Source of the DNA: Dictyostelium discoideum
Taxonomy: Eukaryota
Length of the DNA: 64,000 nucleotides
Direction: 5' to 3'
Assembly (NCBI GenBank): GCA_000004695.1
Contig: CM000155.2
Location: forward strand, 2,048,001 to 2,112,000
The notes under the pieces were generated by a model. That model searched no databases. It saw nothing but the letters and a program-made list of their open reading frames with translations, and was not told the origin of the DNA. The position numbers were made by a program, and so were the translations under genes. Position 1 is the first letter of the stretch; each line of letters starts with the position of its first letter. Of this stretch, positions 12,204-26,022 are shown in pieces.

Positions 12204-14690
12204 ATGGATACTTTAACAAATTCCCAAGATTATTCAAATGTCGATTTATCATTAGAATCATTAGCAGAAGAATTATATAATATTCAATCATTTAATAAAG
12301 ATGTAATTTTAGATAGTTTTGATATTGATGGTAATTATTACTGAAAAAAAAAAAAAAAATTTTAAATTACTAAAAATTTCTTTTTTTTTTTTTTATTTAT
12401 TATTTATATAGATTATGATCATACTCAATTAGATACAACAATTGATTTTAATAAATTTAAAATTGGATTAACAATTTTAAAGATTTCATCAAAAGGTAAA
12501 CCACAAAAAAAGAAATTAATATTTGATTTAGCAAGAAATCAAATTGTATGTGGTAAAAAGAAAAAAGTGAATTTCTCAGAGATTGATGAGATTAGGGTTG
12601 GTCACAAGACCAACATTTTCAATCAATTTAAATCATCAAAGAATTTAAAAGAGGATATCGAATCGATTCAACAATCATTTTCAATTCTATTCAGTGGTAA
12701 TCTTAGAAAGACAATGGATTTCGTTTGTAGTGATATTCCAGAACGTAGACAAATAGTGTCGGCATTGTATCATGTGGTTCAAGAATCAAAGAGTGTCAAT
12801 AACGAATACAATTTCGTTAAGCGTGAATGGGATAGAGTTGGCAAAGATTCCATCGATTTCTCGACATTGAAGAAGATATTGGCCAGACTCAACTTCACCA
12901 CCTCTGACGCCGTTCTCCACAATCTTATGAAATTCAGCGATTCCAATAGCGACTACCATTTGGACTTTTCTGAATTTTCCAATCTTCTTAAACTACTCCG
13001 TAGTCATCCAGAGATGAAACCTGTATTCTATAAATATAATGGTGGCAATGGTGAATGGGTGCCAATTCAAGGTATGATTGATTTCTTTAGAATTGAGCAA
13101 TCTGAAGTGTGGACTGTTGAACAGTGTAGAGATTTAATTAAAAAGTATCATCACGAGAGATTGGATTGTATTTCATTTGAAAATTTCGAGGAGTTTATTT
13201 GTGGTGAAGCAAACTTGGCACAATACCCACACACAAGTACTGTCTATCAAGATACTTCCAAACCGTTGTCCTACTATTTCATAAATTCATCCCATAACAC
13301 CTACCTTTCAGGCCACCAATTGAAAGGTCTTTCCACCAGTGAAATGTATACAAATACACTCAGACAGGGTTGCAAATGCGTTGAATTGGACGTTTGGGAT
13401 GGTAATGATGGTGATCCAATCATTTTCCATGGTAATACATTAACAAGTCAAATTAAATTCTCTCATGTTTGTGAAACCATTAAAGCTAGAGGATTTGAAA
13501 CTTCACCATATCCTGTCATACTCAGTTTAGAAGTTCATTGTTCAGTACCTCAACAAATCATGATGGCAAATCATATGAAAGAAATTTTTGGTGAAATGTT
13601 ACCAACTCCATTACCAGAGGGTACAAAAGAATTACCAACATTAGACTCATTAAAATATAAAATTTTATTGAAAGGTCATACTTCTCATACTCATGTGAGT
13701 GCTGTTGGTAATTCATCAGCATCATCATCTCAATCAAATATTCAAACTGATGACAATGATGATGATGGTGCTGTTGATTTAACAGAATATGATGAAGTTG
13801 ATGATAGAAGTGCATCATCATCATCCTCATCATTCTCTTTATCATTTGGTAGTAGTGGTAAAAAGAAGAAAATTACAAAAATTAAAATTGCACCAGAATT
13901 TGAAGAATTAATTTATTTAGTTTCACATGGATTTAAATCTGGTAATACTACAAAAGAAATTCCATCATATAAAATTCATTCATTGGTTGAGGAGAAAGTT
14001 AAACAATTGGTACAATCTGAACCAAGAGAGGTCGTTGAAGCATCACAAAATCATTTACTTAGAGTTTATCCAAGAGGTACTCGTTTCGATAGTAGCAATT
14101 TTGATCCAATGCCAGGTTGGAGTATTGGTTGTCAATTGGCAGCTTTGAATCAACAAACTTCATCGGAACCAATGTGGATCAATGATGGTATGTTCTCAGA
14201 TAATGGTGGTTGTGGCTACGTTTTAAAACCACCTTGTCTTTTACCAGGTGAATGTGAAACTTATGACCCTACCTCACCAGAGAGAATCAAGTCAAGTAAA
14301 TACTCAAGACTCATAGTAAATGTAATTAGTGCAAGACAATTACCAAAGTATACTAAATCAACTAAAGGTGAAGTCATTGATCCTTATGTTACCCTATCAA
14401 TCGTTGGCACTCATTTCGATCAAAAAGTTGAAAAAACTAAAGTTATCGACAATAATGGTTTCAATCCACATTGGGGTGAAGAATTTGAATTCCCACTTTA
14501 CAATTCTCAATTATCAATGTTATTAATTCGTGTTGATGATAAAGATAAAGTTGGTCACAATAGAATTGGTCATCATTGTATTAGAGTTGAAAATATTAGA
14601 CCAGGTTATAGAATCTTAAAATTAAAAAATAATTTTAATAGAACAATTCCATTAGCTAATTTATTATGTAAATTTACATTTGTTGAATAA
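12204..14690 (+). CDS. plc: Phosphoinositide-specific phospholipase C (PLC-delta type); join(12204..12330,12412..14690).
   Basis: Exon 1 (MDTLTNSQDYSNVDLSLESLAEELYNIQSFNKDVILDSFDID) has a GTAATT donor. Exon 2 opens with a PH-domain-like segment (DYDHTQLDTTIDFNKFKIGLTILKISSKGKPQKKKLIFDLARNQIVCGKKKK). It continues through EF-hand-like and catalytic X-box sequence (SSHNTYLSGHQLKG.S...Y...L..GCRCVELDVWDG.DG.PIIFHG.TLTS), a Y-box (SFSE....K...........N...L.RVYP.G.R.DSSNFDP...W..G.Q.VALN.QT) and a C-terminal C2 domain. Confidence 0.85.
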
Positions 14691-14775
14691 AATAAAATAA
14701 AATAAAATAAAATAAAATAAAATAAAATAAAATAAATAAAATATAAAAAAAATAATAAAATAAAATAAAATAAAA
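14691..14775. repeat. (AAAAT)n / (AATAAAAT)n simple repeat immediately 3' of the PLC stop codon
   Basis: aataaaataaaataaaataaaataaaataaaataaaataaaataaa...; similar microsatellites occur at 9421-9500, and (CATCAC)n at 9241-9268. Confidence 0.9.
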
Positions 14776-15366
14776 AATTAAACACTATTGTTTATTTAAA
14801 ATCAAAAATGAAATTAAAAATAAAAAAATCTTAAAAATAAAAAAAAATATATGTCTTATAAAAAAAAAAAAAAAAATCCAAAAAAAAAAAAAAAATTAAT
14901 AATAATATTAGAAAAAATAAAAATTTAAAAATTAAAAATGAAAAGGTAGTAATCAAAAACTTTGGTATTATAATGGTGTAAATGTGGTCAAAAATATCTC
15001 AAAAAAACGAAACAGTAAGGGTTACAACATTTTTTGGAATTTTTTTTTTTTCTTTTTTTTTTTAATTTAAAAATTTTTTTTTTTATTTTTTTATTTTTTA
15101 TTTTTTTTTTTTAAATTAATTTTTTCAAAGTTGTGGCACAACATACATACACACACACACACACAAATTAAAACAAGTTTTTTTCCTCGATTTAATTTTT
15201 TTTGTTTCTATTTTTATTATTTTAAAAACCTCATTAATAATAATAATATAATATTAATATAATAATAATAATAAAATATCTGTACATATTATTGTTTTTC
15301 ATTCATTTTTCGATTTCTTTTTTTTAAAACTCATTCAAAATTTTATATAATATAATTTAAATAAAT

Positions 15367-15981
15367 ATGTTAAATTCAGTCGGAGGTAGTGTCGCCACTA
15401 AAGTTGGTGCTTCATTTTTACCAGAGAGTTCTCTCTTAAAAACAATTGCAAAATATGCAGCTTGGGCTACTGGTGCCTGTATGTATTATTAATAATAATA
15501 ATAATAATAAATTAAATTAAAAAAAATAAATAAAATATACATATAAAATAATAATAATAATAATAATAATAAGAATAATATTAACAGTATATTACAATTT
15601 AATAATAATAATAATATATAATTTATAGTACTTGTTTTATTAGGTGGTATTTCAATTTTTGATTCACATTGGATTATTGGACCAATTTGTATAGCATTAG
15701 GTGGTGTTATGCTTGTTATTGAATTTGCAGTACCATTCGCTGCTCAATTCCAATTATTTTTAACAGTATTTGAATATAAAATTCGTGGTATTATGTATGT
15801 TTGCTTCTGTGTGCCTGCATTTTTCACAGTTTTTACAATTGCACCAGGTCTTGGTTGTATCTTTTCTGGTGGTATCTATGTGATTTTAGGTTTTGTCAAG
15901 AATGAAAAAGCTGAATTACCTCAATATAATAAACAAAGAGATGTTGAAAATGGTCATATGAATTCTTCTGATAATAATTAA
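15367..15981 (+). CDS. Hypothetical small multi-TM membrane protein (~150 aa); join(15367..15478,15628..15981) with an apparent 1-nt frameshift near 15655-15661.
   Basis: Exon 1 reads MLNSVGGSVATKVGASFLPESSLLKTIAKYAAWATGA with a GTATGT donor at 15479. After the TTTATAG acceptor the in-phase frame reads LLVLLGGISIF, then is out of frame with the long downstream ORF (DSHWIIGPICIALGGVMLVIEFAVPFAAQF...NEKAELPQYNKQRDVENGHMNSSDNN). The shift lies at a T5GG run. Confidence 0.35.
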
Positions 15982-16234
15982 TAATAAATAATTAATAATA
16001 AAAAAAAAAATAAAAAATAAAAAAATGTACTTCGAAATACTTTTTTAAATATTTAAAAATGTATGACAATTTATCATACATACACATTATACAATATATA
16101 ATTTTTCAATTGTCTTTATTATTTTTGAAGTTCAATTATCCGTGAAAGGGTTTATTTTTATTTTATTTATTTTTTTTTTTTTTTTTCAAACCCAAAACAT
16201 TGTTGAACAATTTTATTTTTAATTTTTTATATTA

Positions 16235-16265
<31 letters not shown>

Positions 16266-16276
16266 TCAAAAAAAAA

Positions 16277-16326
<50 letters not shown>

Positions 16327-16417
16327 CATATTAATTCCTTCACTATAGTGAAAATTTTGTTTTATTTATTTCACTAAGAAATAATAATAACAAAAGTTAA
16401 GAAAGAAAGAAAAAAAA

Positions 16418-17194
16418 ATGACTGATAAAAATAATGAGAATAAAGTGAGTGGATTAGATAATACCCAATTTTTACATGACATGAAAATGGTTATACCACC
16501 AACAACTACTTCAACACCAACACCAACACCAACACCAATTCCAACAAATACAAATACAACTACAACTACAACTACAACAACTACAACTACACCAACACCA
16601 ATTCCAATTAAAATCAATTCAAATATATCATCAACAACTATGAATGCATTGGATAAACTTCAACAATCACCATCACCATCGGAACATAAGATATCATTAT
16701 TAAATTCATTAAATCAACCAAACAGATTAAGAACATTGAATAGAGCATCATCATTACAAAATTTATCAACTTCTAGTGACGGTACTAGAAATCATATTGA
16801 TAAGCATTCTATACATCATCATGGTGGTGTAAAGAATAAGGAAGAGCAAGAACAAGAAGTAGAAGATAAATTCAATTTAATAAAATATGATGCAACCAAT
16901 TCAAATCATCCAACACCATCTTCAAAATATGATTTCGTTAAAGTTAAAGTACAATTAGAGAATCATTATTATGTTTTATCACGTTTTTTAATTAGTAGAG
17001 TTTTAAATGTCACAAAAGTTGATGCTGCTGATTCCGTTAAAATCTCTTTAGCTTTAAAAAAAACTTTAGTTGATCAAGGTCGTTTAACAATTACTCAATC
17101 TGAATTAGAAAATGAATTATTTAAACTCTTACAATCATATGGTTATGGTAAAGAATATATTGAAAGATATAAAATGACAACACAGTAAGTAAAG

Positions 17195-17228
<34 letters not shown>

Positions 17229-17993
17229 GATAATAGATTAAATAAATAAATAACTAATTTATTTTTTTATTTTATTTTATTTTTTATTTTAGATTTCATC
17301 ACCAAAGAGTACCATTAATTATTTTAATATCAGGACCAAAGTATATAGGTAAATCATGGTTAGCAACACAATTAGCAGAGAGATTAAATTTATCAACAGT
17401 ATTACAAACTACATTAGTTCATGATTTAATGTTTACTATTATTAAAGAGTTTCAACCAAAATCATCAGATGAAGAAGTTACAGGTAGTCATCCATCAAAT
17501 TTATTTGGTATGCCATCAGATCCACCAATTGTATTTAAAAATCATAAATCTAAAGAGGAACTTTTAACAGAGTTTAAAAAGGAATGCATCATGATTAGAC
17601 ATGGCGTTGATACTGATATTGAGAAATGTTTTGAAGAGGGTAAAGCAATCATCATTGAAGGACCACATATTGATCCCTCTTTATTCATTGAATTAATCGC
17701 TGAAAGAAATATGATCTCACCAATTCAATTTGTTTTTGAAAAAACTCAATCAAATGAAGATTTAATTAAATTAGAATTGGAAAAACAAATTTTATATCAA
17801 CAACAACAAGATCTTTTAAAACAAAGAAATTTAAAAAATAATACTTATACTTTTGATAATTCAAATATAAATAATAAAGATAATACTCAAAATATAGATA
17901 AAAATATAAATACAAATACGAATAAAAATATAAATGATAATAATGATAATGATAATGATGATGATGATATAAATAAAAAAAATACAAATGTAG

Positions 17994-18036
<43 letters not shown>

Positions 18037-18580
18037 TAATATACCGATTGTACAAACAGTTATACCCGATGAAATACCACCATCAATAAATGATAATAAT
18101 AGTAATAATAAAGATAATAAAGATAAAGATAATAAAGATAAAGATAATAATAATAATTTAAATAATGAAGATGAAATTAGGAGAAAAAAAGAAGAAAAAG
18201 AATCAAAGAAATTAGCAACAGCAGCATTAATTAATAGTTTAAGAAAACCAAAAGCAAAAGGTATTGTAATACCATTTGTTTTAAGTATTGATCCAAAGGA
18301 TCATAAATTTTTAATTCAAAATTGGTTATCAACAAGTCCATACGATCAAGCAAATGCTGAAAAAGCATTTGGTTCTGATCCAGAGAAACAAACTGAATCC
18401 ATTTTAAATAATTTACAAACTATTCAAGATTATCTTTGTACTGGTGTACCACCTTTTCAAAGAGTTGAAGTTAATTCTCATTGTTTATTAGATACTTTAG
18501 ATGTATTACATAGTGCTGTTTTAAAAAGAATTAATACTGCTTATTCTGGTCATGTTAAAGGTTTTGATTATGAATCTTAA
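16418..18580 (+). CDS. P-loop kinase-like protein (2-phosphoglycerate-kinase-like domain) with Thr/Pro-rich N-terminus; join(16418..17184,17293..18580).
   Basis: Exon 1 ends ...KMTT with a GTAAGT donor at 17185. Exon 2, after a TTTAG acceptor, continues in frame as QFHHQRVPLIILISGPKYIGKSWLATQLAERLNLSTVLQTTLVHDLMF..., a Walker-A-like G.KxIGKS with the ATP-cone-like upstream region that 2-PGK-family proteins have. The C-terminal conserved block is GIVIPFVLSIDPKDHKFLIQNWL. A central poly-N/D/K insert is present. Confidence 0.55.
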
Positions 18581-18623
18581 AAAAAAAAAAAAAAAAAAAC
18601 AACTCCAAGTCTATATTGTTTTT

Positions 18624-18663
<40 letters not shown>

Positions 18664-18862
18664 TAAAAAAAATAAAAATAAAAAAAAAAAAGTTACAAAA
18701 AGGAAAAACAAATAAAAAAAAAAATAAAAAAAAATAATATGTTTTCTAAAAATAAAATGATAAAAATAAATTTCAAAAAAAAAAAAAAAAAAAGAAATCA
18801 AGGGAAAACTCTTAATGATATTTTTTTTTATATATATATTTTTTATTATTTTTTATTTTAAT

Positions 18863-19313
18863 TTATTTACATTTACCAATTAAAGAACCCATTTTACAAT
18901 AATCACCTTGTTTAACATTAAATTGGAAATCGTTTGCTTCAAAAATTAAAACTACAGTACTACCTAAATGGAATTGACCAATTTCTTGACCTCTTTCTTG
19001 TGGGATAGGTTGTTCATAATTGACATCATAACTATGACTACCAACACCACCCCAAGAGAAATATTCTAAATTTTTGCATCTAAAATCACGAGTTATACAA
19101 TTGGTTTGAGTTTCTTGATCAAAATTCAAAGAGATTGATCCAACATTATATGCACCAACTGCTGTCATTGAATAAAATCCTTCTTTCCATTCACCAGTTA
19201 AAACAATTCTTTCATTCAATGCGAATAAACTTGGAATTAATTTTAAAAATGCTTTATTAACTGGGAATAATGTACCTAATAAAAATAAAAATGAATTATT
19301 AGTGTATAATTCA

Positions 19314-19345
<32 letters not shown>

Positions 19346-20019
19346 AATGTATTAATTAAATTACCTGGAAAATGATGACGATTTTCAATTGTCCAATCTT
19401 CAGAAGAATGAATTCTATGATAATCACCTGGAGATAGATATAAAATACAATGAAATAATTTTGAATTTTTATTTTTTAAAAGTGTTTGTGGATCACAACC
19501 TAAGAAATGAGAGATTGAATAAGTCACACCTTTGACTTGTTCAACTTGGTCACCAACGATTTCACCACAAGCTAAAACACGACCATCAACAGGACTGACT
19601 GTACCTTGATCCGAATGAATTGGTCTTGCACCTTGAATAATCTCTCTTGAGAAGAAATCCGCTAATGATGGATAACTATCTAATGGTTCGGGTATTTCAT
19701 CTTGATTACATTTAAATATATTAATCCATGCTTGATATAATGGTTTTCTCATGAATACTGGTAATGTTTTTCTATTTATCATACCCCATAAATATGATAA
19801 TCCTACTCCTAAAAAATCCCATCTTACAACTTGTGGTGGCTTCTTTATTGGTACATGTCTTAATACCGATCTAATTGATGATAATGATTTCTTTGATACG
19901 TTGGCTGACGTTTTTAATACCTTTTTTATAACACTATTACCTTGTTGTTGTTGTTTCTCTGTTGTAATTGTTGTAGTAGTAGTAGTTGCTGTTGTTGTTG
20001 TAGTTCTTTTTTTTGTCAT
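18863..20019 (-). CDS. psd: Phosphatidylserine decarboxylase proenzyme; complement(join(18863..19275,19365..20019)).
   Basis: The LGST autocleavage motif lies in FHLGSTVVLIFEA. The LSPGDYHRIHSS motif (conserved PSD D/H/S) and the C-terminal NERIVLTGEW...YSMTAVGAYNVGSI are present. The intron has a GTAATT donor and TTAG acceptor in phase 1, with a codon-aligned junction (..RHHFPG|TLFPVNKAF..). Confidence 0.85.
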
Positions 20020-20334
20020 TATTTATTTATTTTTATGTGTGTAATTTTGATTAGTTTTTTATTTTTTATTTTTATATTTTTTTTTTTATGATTAGTTTTT
20101 TATTTTATTTTTTATTTGTTTTTATGCTTTTCTAAATAATAAAAAAAAAAAAAAGTGGGTGGATTATAGATTTATTTTTTATTTTTTATTTTGGAGGAAG
20201 TGTTGTGTTATCGTTGGGGTTGATAAAAAATAACAAATTTTTTTTTTTTTTTTTTAAACCAGGAGCAAGAAAAAAAAAATGATTTTTTAAGATTTTTTTT
20301 TATTTTATTTTATTTTTTTTTATATTTTTATTTT

Positions 20335-20375
<41 letters not shown>

Positions 20376-20406
20376 TCCATGGGAACTGAATCTTTCCAAC
20401 CCATTG

Positions 20407-20454
<48 letters not shown>

Positions 20455-20834
20455 TTTTTTATTTTTATTTTTTTTTTTTTTGGTTTAAATGTTCATGGCC
20501 ATGATCAATATTTAATGTAATTCTTTTTATATAAATAAAAAATATGAAAATATCAAAAAAATTAAAAATTTAAAAATTTAAAAATATAAAAAAAAAAAAT
20601 GGAAAAAATCAAATTCGGCCCAAAACAAAAAATATATTTTTGATATTTTATATTCCAATTAAAAAAAAAAAAAAAAAAAAGGTATCATTTTATAAAAGAA
20701 ATTTCTTTCTTTCAATTAGATATTTTTGTTCTATATATTATTTTTTTTTTTATTTAGAAATTGCGTTCATAGGTGAATTTTCACAATTTTTTAATTTCAC
20801 CAAATATCATTTTCTAATTTTTTTTCTTTTCTTT

Positions 20835-20866
<32 letters not shown>

Positions 20867-21295
20867 TTTTTTTAATTGGATGGTAAAATGTTAACATCTT
20901 TTTTATTTTTTTTTTTTTTTCCACCAATTAGAATTGTTTACAAATTGAATAAAAAAACGTTCTCAATTGATCCCCATAAATTTAATAATGATGATGATTA
21001 ATTACAAAAAAAAAAAAAAAAAAAAGATCTTTTATTGTAACCAATAGAAATAAAAAAAATATTTTCAAAGTATTTTATTGATAAGGGGGTCTAAAAATAT
21101 CTCGAGCAAAAAAAAAAAAAAAAATAAAAAAAAATAAAAATAAAATTAGTTCGCCATCACAAAAAAAAAAAAAACAATAGTAAAAATTATTTTTTTAATT
21201 TTTTTTAATTTAATTTAATTTTTTTTTTACTCATCTTTTATTTGTAACATTATTTCCTTGTATTGTATTTTTAATTGATAAATTTGTAATTGTAA

Positions 21296-21326
<31 letters not shown>

Positions 21327-21433
21327 CAAAAAAAAAAAAAAAAAAAAAAAAAAAATAATCCTGCAATAAGAGGAAATAAAAATTTAATTTTAAGGAACAA
21401 AGAAAATAAACTTAAAAACCCAAGAAAAAAAAA

Positions 21434-21736
21434 ATGAATGAAGATGGAGAATCATCATGGATGAGCACATGGCAAGGTGAGGATGAAAGTTCAAAAGACG
21501 GAGCCGATGATACTTTTCCAGCATTAAGAGGAAATATTGGAGATTGGTCATCATTTATGATAGCCATGGATGATGAAGATGGAAAAGAACTTACAAAATC
21601 ATTATCATCAATTAATTTAAAATTAAATAAACAATCTGCTGGTAATACTAGTAGTAATAATTTTGGAGCAAATCATCCACTTTCATCAATCCAGTCATCA
21701 GCAAATACATCAACAACATCATTAACAAGTTCGCCA

Positions 21737-21774
<38 letters not shown>

Positions 21775-24331
21775 TAATAATATACCAAGTAAATTAAAAG
21801 GTTCAACTGGAATTTCTTCACCTTCACCTTCATCACCATCAACATCATATACAAATTTAAAGGGTAGTTCAGGAATTTCAACAGCTCCATCATCACCATC
21901 AACTTCGTCAACAAGTTTAAAATCATTTTTTGGTGGAAATTCAGGAGGAAATTCATTACAAAATTCACCATCGGCTTCATCAACAAATTTAAAGGGTAGT
22001 TCAGGTATTCAAAATCCAAATAAACCAATAATTGGTTCATCAAAACAAAAACATGTTCACCAACAATTTTCCAAAACCAATTTTTCCAATTTATCAGCTT
22101 CCATTCATTATGATGCAAATAATTCATCCTCTTCATCACCAACATCAGGTTCACCAATTACTCCACCAATTTCTTTATCAAATTCACCAAATCTTCAAAG
22201 TATTCCAAAAATGAATTTAAGTAATAATAACAATAATAATGGTTCATTTAGTTCATCACCAGGTAATTTAGCATCATCACCACCATTATCATCATCTAAA
22301 GAATCTGAAACATCATTTTTTAATTTATTTAATAGAAAGAAAAAAGAAAAAGAAAAATCATTTACTGGTGGTAATATTTCAGGTCATCAACAACAAAGTA
22401 CAATTAGTACTTTATCAATTGATATTCATGATGGTAGTTCAACAATGTCATCACATATGGAATTTTCATATTTGGAAGAACATGAAGATACAACATCACA
22501 TGCATCAGGTTTAGAAATGTCAATGAGTAGTGATAAAATTTATGAAGGTTGGATGGAAATGTATATTCAAAAGAAATGGAAAAAGAAATGGTGTGTACTT
22601 CGTGGCATTCATTTAGAATATTATAAAGGTTGGTGGGAAGATCAACAAGGTGCACAAGATAGTGAAGAATGCGGTAAAATTTTATTAAATTATTGGTATA
22701 CCTTTTCAAAACCAGTTTTAACCGATGCTAAATTCCATTTTCATATTACTCAAGGTTCAGAAGTTGAGAAAGCAACTGGACTTGGTAATGTTACAAAACT
22801 AAAATTTAGATTGGAAGAAGAACATATTGCAAAGAAATGGATTGATGAATGTGAGAGAGTAATTAAAAAGAGAAAAGAAACAACAGTAACACTAAGACCA
22901 TTGGCTGAACATAAATCTGGTGGTATTTTAGGTAATATAGGTAGAGGCAGAAGTAATACTGTTTCAATGCCATCATTTGAAGCGGTTCCAGAATCAAAAG
23001 GTCCAAAAGTTTGTATACCAAATGAATTGGTAGATTGTTTAGAACCCGATGAAAAGATACTTTTGGATAAAGTTAAACTTTTATTGGATGAATTTCCACC
23101 AAAACCATTACCACCTGGTGAAACACCATCATCTTATCGTGCAAAACCAAGATCAAGTGATGGATATTATCGTGTTTTATCATTGGATGGTGGCGGTTTA
23201 AGATCAGTTATGGTTTGTGTATTAATTGAACGTATAGCTAAACGTTATCCAAAGTTTTTAGAACATGTTGACGTTTTCACAGGTACATCAGCTGGTTCTA
23301 TCGTTGCTGCTGGTTTAGCATTTGAATTCCCACCAAAAGGTACACGTCGTGTTTTAGAATTGACCGCATTACCAGTATTTGGTAAGAAAAGACCAGGTTT
23401 CAATATGGGTAATGCAAAATATTTTGCACGTGTTTTACGTGCCTCTTGTTATGTTTTCTTCCAAGATAGAAAGTTTTATGAAGCACAAAGAAAACTTGTA
23501 GTACCAGCTTTTCAATTGGATAGTGCATGGCCACCCGAAGCTGCCCAATTACAACCAGAAGTTCGTAGATGGCAACCACGTGTTTTCCATAATATTGGTA
23601 AATGTGAGGGTTACCTTGAAACCGATGTAATTGGTGATGTGCTATTAAGATCAGCATCAGCACCAACTTATTTCCCATCTTATCAAGGTTATATCGACGG
23701 TGGTGTATTTGCAAATAATCCAGCGCTATCAGCAATTTCATTGGCAATGTCACCAAGTTTAGATCAAATTCCAGCGGATAAAATCATTTGTCTTTCAATT
23801 GGTACAGGTTCATCTTCACACTATATGGAAGGTGGCCAAGATTATGATTGGGGTCTTTTAAATTGGGCACCAAAATTGGGTAATCTTTTAATGGGTTCAC
23901 AAGTTGATTATCTCACTCAACTTTGTGAGAATATGTTGGGTCAAAGATTCCATCGTTTAAATCCTGAATTGGGTGAAAATACTTCAATGGATGATCCAAA
24001 ATTGGTTTCAGAATTAGCAACTCTTGCAAATACTATTGATCTAACTAAAACTTTTGAATTTGTTGAAAAATATTTCATTTTACCAGAAGATCTTGAACAA
24101 CCACCAACTTCACCAACATCAACCAATATTAACTCTACACCAAATTTAAATCTTGGTAATCTTAAACCAGACTTAAATGATACAACTTTATCACCAAGAA
24201 CTCTATATGTAAATAATAGTACAGGTAGTTCAGAATCACCACGTAATATAACACCACGTAATATAACACCACGTAATATTTCACCAAGAAATAACGATAT
24301 TGATTCTTCAATACCATTAACTCCAAGATAA
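21434..24331 (+). CDS. Patatin-like phospholipase domain protein (iPLA2-like), 965 aa, long Ser/Asn-rich N-terminus
   Basis: The patatin oxyanion/glycine-rich motif is DGGGLRSV, the GxSxG nucleophile elbow is GTSAGS (23281-23300) and the catalytic-Asp motif is DGGVFANNP (23695-23725). The N-terminal ~330 aa are low-complexity S/N/P. The C-terminus has NITPR repeats. Confidence 0.8.
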
Positions 24332-24500
24332 AAAAAAAAAAAAAAAAAAAAAAAACATATATATATATAAATATATAACAATATATATATATATAATAAT
24401 ATAATATAATATAATATAAAATAAAATAAAAAAATAAAATAAAAGAATATATAATTTAATCATATAATAAAATATAAAAAAAAAAAAAAAAAGTTTATTT

Positions 24501-25696
24501 TTATTTATTTAACATTTTTTCTATTGTCATTTTACTTGAGCAATATGGACATGGGCCATTAATAGAACTTGAACCAATTACAGTTGTGGGTAATGAAAAT
24601 AACCATTCACTAATACAATGATAATGAAATTGTTTACTACATTTTAAATTATTACAAGTTACATTTGGTAATGAAGTCATTGATTTTATATTATTTTCAT
24701 TATCAAGTTTGTTATTATTATTATTATTATTGTTATTATCATTATTATTATCATTGTCATTATTATTATTATTATTATTATTTGTTTCTTGTTGTAAATT
24801 TTGTGGTAAATGATGAGTATAACAAATACTACATTGAATTATAATTTCTTCAATTAATGTATTATCCATTGATTTCAAAGGAAATGATAGTTCTAACATT
24901 TTTTGAAAATTATCAATTGGTGAAGATCTTTCAAACCATTGTTGAGCACTATATTTTTTATTCCAAAGTTGATGTAATGGTTGGGTTTTTGATGATGGAC
25001 CAATGAAATCAACTTTATAGGGTGCAATTCTTGGTTGATTTGGGTTAACTTCGAAACAAATAGAACAACCGTTACCAATTGCAATTCTACGAAATATTGA
25101 TGATCTTCTTGGATTAATTGGTTCTAATACCCATGATTCACTATCAATTTCTTCCATAAAATTAAAGAATTCTTGATATTCATAATCTATCATAATTTGT
25201 ATCTTTTTTAAAATATTTGAAATTGATATTGAATTATTATTATTATTATTATTATTGTTTTCAAAATTATTATTATTATTTTTATTATTATTATAAAATG
25301 AATTATCATTTGTTGAAGTATTAATTGATCTTAATTTTGTAATAAATTCTGTTGAATTTAGTGGTAAATCACATTTTACGAATGGGAATTGAGTTGGATA
25401 ACCTATTGGTATACTAAATTCAACAATGAATTCACGTTCTTTAATATCTAATAGCATAATTTCAAATGATGATAATGATTTATCAATGTTTATAACTTTA
25501 TTCCAACCAATTTCATCAATTTCATTTGAAATTAAACTAAATGTATCAAATGGTAATGTAATTATTTTATTTGAAGTTGTCAATGTTGATGTACCTGTAT
25601 TTATTGTAATTCTATCTAAAATATCTTTTAATTCAAAAAAGAATTGTTGTATATTTTTACATTGAATAAATCTCTTTAATATGTTAAATTGAGGAG

Positions 25697-25728
<32 letters not shown>

Positions 25729-26022
25729 TTATTATTTTTATTTTAATATTAATATTAAATTTTAAATAATGATAAAAACATTTTTAATAACTTGAACATG
25801 AGGTAATAATATATCATAAAGTTCTTTTGTACAATTAAATTCTAAATCTTCAATGTATAAAGTTGAAGTTGTTTCACTATTTATGCTATTACCACAACCA
25901 TTTGATAGTTTAATTTCGATTGGGTATTGTTTACCTAACACTTGTATAAAGCCTGAATATTCACTCTGTTGTTTGTTGGTTGGTATTAAAAGTGGAAATA
26001 AAGGTTCTTCATTTAAATTCAT
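24501..26022 (-). CDS. fncL: FANCL-type E3 ubiquitin ligase (Fanconi anaemia group L orthologue); complement(join(24501..25673,25792..26022)).
   Basis: Exon 1 (ELF domain) reads EPLFPLLIPTNKQQSEYSGFIQVLGKQYPIEIKL, matching human QCPLLLPQNRSKTVYEGFISAQGRDFHLRIVL. The central UBC-RWD-like part reads IDEIGWNKV...FSIPIGYPTQFPF. The C-terminal RING/PHD reads CSICY...CNNLKCSKQFHYHCISEWLFSL...GPCPYCSSKMTIEKM, matching human CGICY..CDNSQCGQPFHQICLYEWLRGL...GECPYCSKPITLKM. The intron has a GTTATT donor and AAAG acceptor in phase 0. Confidence 0.8.

Noticed and set aside
21648-22157. 169-aa minus-strand ORF, and other antisense ORFs (22404-22709, 23400-23756, 23941-24381, 13558-13845, 32153-32386, 46287-46625, 53213-53482, 58556-58768, 61312-61551)
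   Set aside because: All lie antisense within well-supported coding exons. They have biased Leu/Met/Tyr/His composition typical of reverse-complemented AT-rich or codon-repeat sequence. No independent support.
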